Assembly (NCBI GenBank): GCA_951406725.2
Contig: OX597815.1
Span: 94,612,001 to 94,676,000, forward strand
From: Octopus vulgaris
Lineage: Eukaryota
Length of the DNA: 64,000 bases
Reading direction: 5' to 3'
In this document: piece by piece, positions 27,306 to 39,385 of the stretch
How the letters are laid out: each line of letters begins with the position of its first letter
How positions within the stretch are numbered: the first letter of the stretch is position 1
Notes under the pieces: model-generated
Seen by the model: only the letters and a program-made list of their open reading frames with translations
Told to the model about the DNA's origin: nothing
Database searches by the model: none
Program-made: the position numbers and the translations under genes

Positions 27306-27761
27306 AAATCATCTTATAAAATCAAGGAACACCTTAAATCAAAACTGGTTTATAAAAAAGGACAGAGTCTAAATACCCAGGGTAAATAATTATTTGTAAA
27401 ATATTAATCAATTAATACATAAAAATTATATCTGTTTAAAAAAAATTGATGTTGGATTACACATACATTTAGCAGTGTATGCAAATACCAAACCATTCTA
27501 TAATATATATACATACACTAAAACATACAGACGTATGTACACAGCTGCATACATATACAGACATATATAGGCAAGACATAATTATATATACGAATTCATA
27601 TATATGTATTCTCATACAGAGAAACTCACCCCATTAAAAAAGAAACATAAAGCGATTATCTCCCTTATGCCGGAAAAAATCGCTTATTACCTCCCCCTAC
27701 CTGGAACTCTTCTTTGCACTGCAAAACGAAGACTTAAGACGATGTAGGTAAAGACATTTGA

Positions 27762-27796
27762 GAAATTTGAAAAGTTAACACGAAACCGGTAATTCC
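27762..27796 (+). ncRNA. Partly decayed U3-A8 hammerhead motif
   Basis: aat-TTGAAAA-gt[taac]ac-GAAAC-cg-GTA-att. Confidence 0.5.
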
Positions 27797-27983
27797 TTCA
27801 AAAACTATGTTACTCTATGAAAAATTTTATAACATTCTTCTAACATAACGACTTAAATATATTCTTTAACCTTATAAAACAAGCCTTCTGCAGATTTTTC
27901 ACTCTTTTCTATATTCTATATATCCAACCACGTGCTTTCACACACCAACTTTCTCACCTATATATATATGTATATATATAAAT

Positions 27984-28058
<75 letters not shown>

Positions 28059-28160
28059 GGTTAATCCAAACATGAAAACACAAAGAAAAAACACAACAAC
28101 GCGAAGACGTGGAACAAGTATAGTATTATTGGACGCTCAGGAAAGAAGGAAAGAATGAGG

Positions 28161-28195
28161 GTTTAACGTTTCGAGCGGAGCTCTTCGTCAGAAAC
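28161..28195 (-). ncRNA. Minimal hammerhead motif in a ~200-bp repeat (28060-28262)
   Basis: gttt-CTGACGA-a-gagc[tcc]gctc-GAAAC-GTT-aaac. Confidence 0.8.
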
Positions 28196-28266
28196 ATAGG
28201 AAAAGGAAAGATCTAAGGAAGGGAAGACGGAGGAAAAAAATCTCCAACGGTACACACGCGGTCATG

Positions 28267-28482
28267 CGAGGGGTTGCTGCAAATTCCTGCCGTTAAGTGT
28301 ATCACGAAAGACATGGTTGGAGAGCTCAACTTTCCGAGTTCTTCTACAGAGATTAGAACACTGAAGAACCGCCGCAATGTTTGTGTCAATCTCAGATAGG
28401 AAGATATTGAATAAAATCATAATTAACTGATACTCCTGCATTTTCTATTACCCAAAGCGAGGAACTATTCAGCACCTGCTCC
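28267..28482 (+). mobile_element. Internally deleted mariner derivative (MITE)
   Basis: Imperfect TIRs CGAGGGGTTGCTGCAAATTCCT / AGGAACTATTCAGCACCTGCTCC; internal IRTLKNRRNVCVNL..DIE* resembles the mariner C-terminus. Confidence 0.6.
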
Positions 28483-28739
28483 TATGTATGAATATATATT
28501 TATGCTATTTATGTGTGTGCATATATATGTGTATAAATGTGTATATGATGCCACTACTAGTACATACACTCATGCTGTATGCTTATACATCATACATAGG
28601 CTCATATATGCAAAATACATATATACACATTATATTTTATATTATATATGTGCGCATTATATTAACCCATGCCTTCTTTTTATATGTCTAGAAAGCACAC
28701 AGACGAATACACATGTATATTGATACATTAACACATATA

Positions 28740-28943
<204 letters not shown>

Positions 28944-29638
28944 AAACTTATATACAAAGGCAGGCATGCTATATTTTGTATCACATGCATATATATTTAT
29001 ATGAGTATACATATTGTATGTATGTGTCAGAGACATATTTATATCTAGCTTGCTGTATGAGTAAAAATATATTAGAGAGAAAGAGAGATAGACAGAGAGA
29101 GAGAGAGAGAGAGAGGGGAAGAGAGTGGAGAGAAATTTATATTAGATAGGTGCATATATATAATTGGAAAAAATCAAATTCTGTTTGTATTTGCAATCAT
29201 TGTTTTTGGAATAAACAATGCATTGTTGAATCAAAACTTTTCAACTTAAGTACTCTTAGACGTAAACCCTTATACCCGAAGAAAAACCTCAATGAATCTG
29301 GAATAAAGAAACTTCAGAAGAAAAGACTTTTTTCATTGTTACACTAACATCACAGAAATTATTTCACCATTTCTGACATATACAACTCTCAAAGACAAAG
29401 GCAAGCCATTCTTAGTGATTCATAGTAAAAACACATCCACGTACATGAACACATATACAATTACAAAGATATGCAACACACACACAAGCATATAGACAAA
29501 TGGGGACGCATTTGTCTAACATGCTGTTTAGAAAAATCAACGTTATTGTATTAAGCAGATGTCAAAATTATGAATGTAATTCTTTGATACCCATAACTCA
29601 CTTTCCAGCATCTCCTAACCTCTGTTTTGCCACTATTT

Positions 29639-29735
<97 letters not shown>

Positions 29736-29915
29736 AATATGCGTATAGAGTACAGACATAAGGAAAGTATGTATGCTTGTATGATCACGTATGTGTACAT
29801 ATATATACATATATTACAAGTATATACATACATATATATATTTATGTATATACGCATATAATGTATTCTTTATGTTTGCTATGTATGTATGTGTGTATGT
29901 ATGTATGTATGTATG

Positions 29916-29959
<44 letters not shown>

Positions 29960-30108
29960 TACATACATACATATATATATATATATTTATATAAAATCTT
30001 TAAATCTTTAAAAATGTGTTTCAGGCCGAAAGCTGCGGCCATGCTGGGGCACCACCGTTGGATGAGCTACTCTAGTATGTGAAACCACCTCTGATACTTG
30101 GCACTTGG

Positions 30109-32380
30109 TCAACAAGGGAGTGTGACGCCGCTGCCCGCATCTGTGTTTCTGCCGAGAGGTATGTTCATTTTCCAGTAGTGTAGGGCTTGGAACTTCCCTG
30201 CATTAAACTTCATGTTGTTGTCCTCAGCCCACCAGTATATTATATCCAACTCCCGTTGCAGATGTACAATATTTCCAAGGTTTTGTAGTGTCTGAGAGAC
30301 TTTTGTGTCATCTGCATAGCTAACAAGGGTGGCCATCTTAGCAACTGAGGGCATGTCTGAAAGGGCCACTATGAACAGCAGTGGCCCCAATACAGTGCCC
30401 TGTGGAACACCACTTGTTATTTGTGTTTCCTTGGAGGTGGCTCCATTGGTCACCACTGCCTGCCTTCTATCTTTTAGGAAGTTGTGCAGCCACTCTCCAA
30501 GTTTTCCGCCAATGCCGAGATCACGCTGTTTGTGACAGATCATACCATGGTCGACTTTATCAAAGGCTTTTGCAAAGTCGAGATATATCACATCTACACT
30601 TGAGCCATTTAGTAGCTGTTTTCACACCCAGTCAGAGTGTTGCAGGAGTTGTGTTCGACAGCTTCTACCTGGTCGAAATCCATGCTGGTGGGTTAGTCAG
30701 CAAGTCATTTTCTTCAAGGAACTTGATTAGTTTCTTGCGGACTATTCGTTCCATGACTTTGGTGATGTTTGAGGTCAGAGAGATATGCCTATAATTTTTA
30801 GCATCTGCTCTACTTCCTCCCTTATGGATAGGGCATATTATCCCTTCGTTCAATTTGCCTGGGTGCTTACCACTTGTAAGAAAGCTCTGAAAAAGAAGCT
30901 GTAGCGTTTTTTCAAGGGCTCGTTTGCACGATTTGAGAAGGATCGCTGGAAATCCATCAGGTCCAGCAGCTGAGTTTGTGTCAATCTCGTCTATGGCCAG
31001 TGTGATATCATCATCTTCAATGATGATGTACTCAAATTTTGCCTATTTGGCTACAGGTAAAGTGGCAAAGAATTCTTCTTGTTTGTTTACTTGCCTGTGT
31101 CCTAGAGGTGTAGTGAATACACTTTGGAACTGTTCGTTCAGTATTTCACTTATCCTCATGAGTTTTCCTGTGGGGGAACCAACTTTTTGGAAGAGAGGTC
31201 CTATCCTCTGGCGCACTGTGGCCGTCTCTTTGGCAAACTTAAAGAAGGCTTTATAGTTTGACTTGATATTTTCTATAACCCAAGCTTCTTTATCTGCTCT
31301 CTCCTTTTCATGAGACTGATGCAGACCTTTCTAAATTTCCATTAGCATTCTCTCGAGGCGAGAATTCTCACCACTTTTGGTGTACTTGCTCAGGCGGTTC
31401 GCAATCCTTGTCCGTCGTCTAATAAGAATCTTCCTTTCCCTAGGGAAACTGTTTTTGTGTGTGCTGGTCCTGCACACTGGGACATATTTGTCACATATGG
31501 CTTGTATTATGGACATGAAACGTTTGTGTTTCATGTCAATGTCTGGTGTGAAAAGACATTTAGGCCAATCCTGTTTGAGTATCTCTTTCTCAATCAACTT
31601 CCAACTTGCTTTATGAAAGTTTAGTTTTGGAGAGATTGTGGATGCTTCGTATAGGCTGTACGTCTGCGGGGGCGTTTGGTCCATACATAGACAGCTCTAT
31701 TAGGTTGTAATCCGAGACCAATGTCGGCATCACTTTAACATTATGGATAATGTCCATATTGTTTGTGAAGCAGAGATCCAGTATATTATTTGCTCTGGCT
31801 GGTTGCAGCACAATTTTCTCCATGAAAGAGGTATTTGTAAGGTGAAGCAGGGGCTCTACCCGTCCTTGCTGATTGTATGTCATCCATGGGAGCATCTGCC
31901 GTCCAGGCCATTCCACATTGGGGAAGTTAAAGTCACCCATGAAGAATACACTGTTGTGTTGTTCCAGTTTGGCGAGAACTTCTATTTTTGTTAGGCAGTC
32001 TTCAAACATGCCTGTGCGATTTGGGGCATCTGGTGGACGATATGTAGTACATATGACGATATTCAGTTATCTTATTCGTACAATTTGAGTGTCACACACT
32101 GAGTTTGAATATGACAACAGGACCTGGGGCGTGAGGTCATCTCGGATGTACACTGCAACTCCACCATGTCTCCTCTCTTTTTTATCTGAGCGTATGACAA
32201 TATATTGCGGTATGTTTATTTCTGCATGCCCTATATCAGGTCCAATATGCGTTTCTATGAGTACCATGCATAGAGATTGATTGCATGCCGCAATGTCATT
32301 CAAGAATGATATTTTCCTTTTACAGTTGCTGCGCAACAGTCCTCCTACGTTCAGTAGAAATATTTTTGTGACGAGTGAGT
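30109..32380 (-). pseudogene. LINE ORF2 (APE-RT), multiply disrupted
   Basis: TKIFLLNVGGL, LIETH, GGVAVY, GDFN, NYRHISL, LDFAKAFD, GVPQG, YADD. Confidence 0.92.
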
Positions 32381-32466
32381 TGGTGTTTGTGGTGGCTATC
32401 CTGCACCTGTTGGTGGTGGCCTTATGTTTTGGTAGGTATAGTTCCAGCTTTGTCTTTGTAGCCAAG

Positions 32467-33324
32467 TCAGCTGCTGGACAATTTTTTGCACAATGCAAAA
32501 AAAGATTGCTGTTCAGCTGCTGCTCTTCTCCCATCTGGGTGAAGCTGGCATTTGTTGGGCCATGCAGTATCCTTTTTGGACCGCGCACTACATCTGCATA
32601 TTGTCTTTCGGGAGTAGTCAGTGCGCCATTTTCCTTCTTTGGTATTTTTCATTTTCTTTTTCTTTTTGGCCTCCTCCTGGGATTGTTGTATTGGGGCCAT
32701 GTGGTTTTGGCAGGTCTCCTGGTGTGCAAAAAGACAGTTTGCACCATCGTCGCCATGCCAGCGGTTTCCTTGCTAGTAAAATTTGCAGATGCTCCTGCTT
32801 TTGCCCTTGAAACTCCTGTAACTCTTGCTCTTCTGTTTTTTCTGAACAGTTTTTGTTGTGTTCTTTTCCTTTTTTTCTTTTACCTCTTGCTTTTCATTGC
32901 CTTCAGCAGCTTTTGTTCTCTTGGTTTTAAGGTGCTTTCCTTTTTCGGCCATCACACTTCTTTGGTCTTCAGGCGTGTTGGGGGCTGGACAAGAGCCATT
33001 GTTTCCCCTGGTTGCAGGTCTCTCTGTTGTGTCTTTGGTTTTGCTCTTCTGAGGGACTGTTGCGTCCTGGATGTTTTCTCCATCCTTTTTGTCATCCCTG
33101 GTGCAGTCACCTCCCAAGATGATGTCAAGTATGTCGATATGTTGTCTAATTAGAGCATATGAACGGAGAAATTCGCGTTTCTTCCGCTCTATCTTGGCGG
33201 TGGTTCTGGAGAAATCATTACTTTTAAGTGCCGCTGCAATGATGTTGTTTGGGGAGTCACCTTCAACAATCTTCCAAGCGCGGACAAACAATTGCAATTC
33301 TTTTGCGGACCAGTTCCGTGACAT
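32467..33324 (-). pseudogene. LINE ORF1 with trihelix Myb/SANT-like N-terminus and CCCH-type zinc finger (one in-frame stop at 32773-32775)
   Basis: MSRNWSAKELQLFVRAW..IAAALKSNDFSRTTAKIERKKREFLRSY; ICKFY*QGNRWHGDDGANCLFAH; ORFs 32773..33438 and 32467..32700 are in the same frame. Confidence 0.7.
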
Positions 33325-33344
33325 CTTAGCTTGGGATACAGTGA

Positions 33345-34000
33345 AATAGAGGAACAGAGAGAGGAGGAAAGATAAGGAGATTGACCTGAGAGGGAGAGGA
33401 GAGAAGAGAAATGCTGAAGGGGAGAAAGGGGGTGGCAAATCAGCTGGGGAGAGAGAGAGATAAGGGGAACAACCTGAGAAGAGAGAGGAGAGATAAAGAG
33501 TGGCAGATCAGCAGAGGGAGAGAGGGAGAGAGAGGGATAGAGGTGTGGTAAAGAGAAAGAAGTAAAGGGAGAGAGAGAGGAAAAGAGAGATAAGGGAATT
33601 GAATTGAGAGGGAGCGGAGATAAGAGAGGCAGAGAGAGAAGAGAAGCAGAGAGAGGGAGAGAGAAAAAAGAGAGAGGGCGATATAGAGGTACAAGAGAGA
33701 AAGAATGAAGTAGAGAGACAGAGAGAGGGTGAGATGCGAGGAAATTGACCTGAAAGAAAGCAGGGTGGGGGAGAGACGCAGAGAAAGAAAGCAAGTAGAA
33801 GTTCAGCAGAGGGTGGCAGAGAGAGAGAATGAGAGAGAGATGAAAGAGCAAAATAGAGGGTCTGAGGGACAGAGAAAGAGATAAGGAGGGTGTCAGAAGG
33901 GGAGAATGGTAAGACAGAGAGAGAAAGAGTAAGGCAGATCAGCGGGGTGAGAGAGAACAGAGGGGAAGAGAGAATAGAAGGGGAAAAGTGAGACAGAGAC
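33345..34000. repeat. Purine-rich (GA) low-complexity tract, probable LINE 5' leader on the minus strand
   Basis: Strong purine skew immediately upstream of the ORF1 ATG. Confidence 0.6.
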
Positions 34001-34818
34001 AAGAGTGGGCTGTATAGTTAGGGACGTGCAGATATTTTATATATATATATGTACACCAGCATAAACTATACAGAGAAAGGTAAACATATAGACAGGATTG
34101 AGAGAAGGAGAAAGACTGTATCAGGGACGAGCAACTTGTATATTTATATACAAACAAACACGCACATATGAAATAGTGTACGCACGCGTGAATATATCTA
34201 TGGATATATTGGTGTTACAGTTGAAACTGTCTATGAGTATATATGAATATACAATAAATTATTAATAAATAATTTTTTCTTACCTTCTGGTTGAGAGAAC
34301 ACTTACCTTCATTTTGTTTTAGAAGGAAGAAAGATATAAAAAGACAGACCTTCGATGTTCCTGTTTTCAATATCTTGAACAAGTTCCTGCTTGCGTTTTG
34401 TAAACAAAACAGAGCTCCGTTGTCTGTAGTTACAATATTTTATGCTTTGAACAACTTGCAACTTTAATATTTTGAACAAGTTGTAGATGTCAGGACGTAG
34501 CTTCTAAAAGAAATGCTAGCAGGGTAAACGAAGCGGCAACTTTTTGCTTTCTTTGTATATCCCTTTGCAACACGTGGCTTCAACAACACGTGTTCAATTC
34601 CTGAAATCTTCGTGTTGGATAGGTTATCCTTGTAGCTGCATATACTACCATCAAAAGCAAAATATCCTTCTCAAATATAGTGTACTTGTTACACTTTTCA
34701 ACTATATTTGCGGTACAGGTCACTTCACTTCTGATCACATAGATCTCTTGGAGGTTCTACAAAACTTTCAGATAAGTATAATTACACATCTTACTAGTTC
34801 GGCGCCATCTTGGATATC

Positions 34819-34881
<63 letters not shown>

Positions 34882-35869
34882 ACACACACACACATGTATA
34901 TGCTTTAGCTGTAGGTCTTTCTACGCTGTTCAGTGCATTGATGACATAGGTATAAAATATATTAGTGTGTAATATATATATATATATATTATATTATATA
35001 AGTTTTTCGGGATTCTAGAGAATCAGGTACATAAATAGAACACCAAGGTCAGGTCGTTTATAGTGCTATAGTGTACAAACAATATTTAAGGACAAATACG
35101 TACTTACTAATGTAAACACGGATTTGTACTCCGGTTGTGCGTACAATCACAAAGGGCAGTCTTAATACACACCGAGTCCTCCAGGTCACATATGGGAGAC
35201 TCACTGCACCTATTGCACTGCAGTCAATAGACTCTAGATCTAAACCAATTGCAGGTTCCGAGGTCGGTGAATGATAAACAGATAACAACACAATATGTAT
35301 GTATATATGTATGTATGTATTTATTATATATGTATATATGCATGCATGTAGCTACGTATGTAAATATGTATGAATATATCTATGTATGTATGTAGTTATC
35401 TGCTTCACCCTTCCTTTCTATTCTTATTGCATTTTATTGCATTTGCGTCTAACACTCTCTCAAATAACTCGGAATATCCTAATATTTACAACTCTTTACG
35501 AGATCAAACGAGATCATACACTTTCCCTTCTCTCTCTTCTCTTCTGTATTTCTCCCCCGCGCTTACTTCTTGTTTTCCCCTACCAACTCCACTCCCTGAC
35601 CCAGGACCCTTACTGAGTTCCTCTTTATAAACTTGATGCTAGCTTAGAGTCTTCACTCTCTGACCGTATTTGGGTCGGTAGCATCAACTGGCACGTTGTA
35701 CACTTGTTCAAAATATTTAATTTTTACTTGTATTCACCTGATACCAATAAAAAACACATCTGAAACAGCTGTGAACCAATCTATCTGTATTATTTTTTAC
35801 GCACACATACACACATACACTCATATCACCAACACCCACACAACCACATACAGACAGACAGACACACAC

Positions 35870-36540
35870 ACACACACATTTCATTTCTAGATTAACAATG
35901 ATATCAAAAATCTCACGCGAAAAAATTCGTAATTTTACACCTAAGAATCTTGGTAATCCACCTCCCCGACTTTTCCCGTTTACATAAATATCACAAGATC
36001 TTTAATAAAAGCGCGCTTAAATTTAGCTATTGTTGCCCTTCCAAGATATCCTCGATAGTCTTCAATCCCTGCAAGAACAATAGCATTAGGAACATCCTGT
36101 TACTATATATTTCCGGTAAATGGTTTACAAGTCTAATATCACTAGCATAGAAGGGACGTTAAAATCTTACATCGGCATGATTGGAAAAGCCTTCGAAAAA
36201 GATACATGCAACAATTGACTTCGTTTAGAGATAAAATAAAAGACAAGCAACCTGTTTGTCTAATATCGTAAATAACCCTAAATGCAGGGCAGGAGTGTAA
36301 ACAGGCCCAAAATAAACCGAATCATCATGACCAAATTTAGCAAAAGTAAGAGAGGGGACAGCAGATGTAATCTCTATATGGTAGAAAAAATAGATATAAC
36401 CGCAAAAGAAAATATTTTGAACATAAGGGAAAATACATTCTCACTTTACTTACACAATCAACAGGTTAAATTGCGCAGTTTCAAGCATGAACACCCACTT
36501 CAACTTCAACACCTATCCAGCAAGAATTATTTTAATATAT
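35870..36540 (+). mobile_element. PLE C-terminal remnant (RT thumb to GIY-YIG)
   Basis: HKYHKIFNKSALKFSYCC, SYIGMIGKAF, GDSRCNLYMVEK, ILNIRENTFSLYLH. Confidence 0.75.
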
Positions 36541-36623
36541 ATTAGATATAGTGTCAATATATATATATAAGAAGAAAATGCACTGGGATTCGTTTAGAAT
36601 TTTTTATTTTTGATATTTTAAAG

Positions 36624-36662
36624 ACTTAACCGGTTTCACAGATTTCTCTGGTTTTCAAAAGC
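36624..36662 (-). ncRNA. U3-A8 hammerhead motif in a minus-strand PLE terminus (~36570-36990)
   Basis: gctt-TTGAAAA-c-caga[gaaa]tctg-t-GAAAC-cg-GTT-aagt. Confidence 0.7.
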
Positions 36663-36994
36663 TGAGTGAGGAAGGCGTGGAGCTATGGCGCAACTGCCTT
36701 GCTTTTGACTGGAATTCAAAAATTGTCTTGATTTTATAGAGAGAACATGACTCAAATTAGTATCTGTTTCAAATATGTTTTGGTTAGTCGAGGATGATCA
36801 CGTGATTAGATTTTATAAATGTTTGTAATTCTCTGTTATGTCCGTTCTGTAATGTCATGTAGCAATATCTTTGGCGTTGTTAGTTAATACTGTCAGAGTT
36901 GAGTGAACATGTCTAATGGCCATATCTAGAAGTCAGGGCTGTCTGAATTTTATCTGTCAAATATTGTAGAGGAGGATTTCGTGATTAGTAGTAA

Positions 36995-37539
36995 TCTCTC
37001 TCTATATAAAACTGAGAATGTGTGTGTGTGTGTGTGTCTGTCTGTGTTTCCCTAAAACTTGATAACTACACAACCAATTTCAATTTCATTCAAATTTTAC
37101 ACATGCCTTACTTAGGGTCCATGTAGTTTCATGGGCAAAAAGAATGTTTAACTTCTTGTCAAGAGCGAGTCCATAGCAATATCATATCTTCTCCACTATT
37201 TCAGTATTACGTGTTAAGAGTGAAACAAAAACATTTCTCTATTTTATGTCAGATACTTTCACTTTAACAATAAAAATTAGAGATAATAATAACAAATGAA
37301 TTATATGTAGTAAGTAATAATTAAAATCAAACTAAAGTATAATGTAATCGTAACATAACAAAATTAGAAATAGCATATGGTTTTAAATTGCATGAATGTC
37401 TTGAACTTGAATAAGTGGCTTCACATGAATGGGAATAAATTAAAAATAAAATTAACGTCCAGAAATTGAATAGTCCAGATGGAGCTGTGTACATACCGTT
37501 TACAAGGCTTTTACATTAGAGCATCTGCTAATTAGCTAG
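36995..37539 (+). mobile_element. Probable non-autonomous Helitron
   Basis: 5' TC..TATATAAAA followed by (GT)/(CTGT) repeats; candidate 3' CTAG at 37536-37539. Confidence 0.45.
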
Positions 37540-37926
37540 CATTAAGTATCTATATGAAGTTTGACTGTATGTAATGTCTGTTTTCTCCAACAGCCACTTC
37601 TACTGAGTACTGCTGTTGGTTTATTTCTTATACATAAAGGACTATAGCTTCAACTGCGTACTGCTTTTTGATTCACCGTAAGGTTTGTTGTTATTATTAT
37701 TACTGTTTAACTATTATTATCACGTTTGTTGGTTCCTCGTAAGGAAACGTTGTTGTGTTGTATTTGTTAAATAATTGTAAACTGTAACCCTCCCCCTTTG
37801 GGAGAAGGAGCTTTGGTTATTGTTTAAAATTCGAATTGTGTCCCTGTTTAGGGAAATTGACTATATTTTCACCGTTTACACGGAAGCATTTTTGTTAGAA
37901 TGCCTTCGATAGAAGAAAGTCCAAAA

Positions 37927-38430
37927 ATGAATTTCGCTGCAGCCGTCGTCGGGCGCGAACTCATTAAAATTAAAATGGAAGAAATACAAACCTATTTCAG
38001 ATTGATCACCGACAAAGACGGTGAATTTAGGATAACACCACCAAACGAAATAAAAAATTAAATTAAAGAAAAGACTATTGTCTATAAAGTATACAATGTA
38101 GAGAAAAAAAAAAGATTTGAACACCTGGAGGAAAGCACCATCGAAAAGTGTCTTGGTGCGACTATGAAAGATATCTAACCATAGGCGATAAATTCGCCAC
38201 AATAGAAGCAAGGTTCGAGTCAACGCAGCGTGCAAGGGAGTACTTGACTCGAACCTTGCAAAGTGGAAATATTTTATTTTTACCTTTATATCTGGGACGT
38301 AGGACGTCCCGGATAAAAATTAAAAATGTATCCTCAGAAGTAGAGGTAGGCTGGATTGTAGCTACACTTCTATACAAGAGGGAAGACAAGATACGATACA
38401 ATTGATCGAAATTGCAAAAGACGGGCCTAC
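37927..38430 (+). pseudogene. LINE ORF1-like (RRM-type) fragment
   Basis: MNFAAAVVG... with stop and frameshift, then IEARFES..PLYLGRRTSRIKIKNVSSEV; no ORF2 follows. Confidence 0.5.
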
Positions 38431-38574
38431 AATTCCAGTCTGTTATATATTTTGAGTATTGTTATCACTAGCGATATCAAGTTATAACCTTGTATTTTGC
38501 ATTTTATGTGTAGATATATATATATATAGATATACATGCAATATGTACTCATATATATACACATATATACATGC

Positions 38575-38615
38575 ACTAGCACTATAACCTGGCAACGACG
38601 GGTCATAATGCTAGT
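38575..38615. repeat. Imperfect palindrome with CTAG ends, Helitron-terminus-like
   Basis: ACTAGCACTATAACC-TGGCAACGACG-GGTCATAATGCTAGT. Confidence 0.45.
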
Positions 38616-38770
38616 CTTAGAAATTTTTGTAGGTTCCACACTACGGCTGTGCGTTAATATGCGACAATATATTTTGCGTCGAAAATCAAGGCTGGCACAG
38701 TTGAATGTCCGAATATGAATATACTTGAATATTATATATATATATATATATTTAGTCCGAATATGTATGT

Positions 38771-38809
<39 letters not shown>

Positions 38810-39385
38810 CGAATATGTATGCATATATATATATATATAATATTCAAAATCTACAATAAAATATAGATTCTTTAGCGGGAATTCTTATTTGAATTCAAAC
38901 CCATGTATATATTTAGATATAACACACCTATAAAAATCATGCGAGTTGTAAAACGTGCTTTAGTGAACTTATTAACGCTTAAAATCGTTGCAAATCTCCC
39001 AAAATGATCAGTATACACATGCACATACATCAACAAGAGGCTACTGTGTATGTGTTAGGATACTGCAAATAAACTGTATTGGAAGCAAAACCCACATATA
39101 TTTGACCTATTTTTACCAACACCTACAATGTACCCAAGGCCAATGCAAGAGAAATAACAATTAAAGACATCCTTATATCAGTTACTTCCCCTTATCTGTG
39201 TTTCACGTATCTCATCCCATACCACCAAGCAAAGTATGAAGTCTCGTATACTCGCATGGAGACAGATTACCAACATTCTTAAGTGGAAAACTTGAAAATT
39301 GCGTAAAGAATATATTTATCCACCATATGTGATGTTGAGGCCCCGTTCCCGCTACTCATCACTATCTTGTATATATATATGTATA

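Larger units (their letters stand above)
29993..34030 (-). mobile_element. Near full-length CR1/L2-group LINE, copy 2 (pyrimidine-rich leader, ORF1, ORF2 with C-terminal deletion, 3' UTR)
   Basis: Collinear with copy 1 through APE and RT; same 3' motif GGTGCCCCAGCATGGCC..CTGAAAC at 30018-30056; (TA)-rich flanks; 5' boundary inferred. Confidence 0.85.

Noticed and set aside
32497-32503. T7 run as a -1 frameshift site joining ORF1 and ORF2
   Set aside because: In this copy ORF2 is in the +1 frame relative to ORF1; needs a consensus to evaluate
32281-33153. 290-aa plus-strand ORF
   Set aside because: Antisense shadow of the A-rich LINE ORF1; hydrophobic low-complexity sequence with no motif
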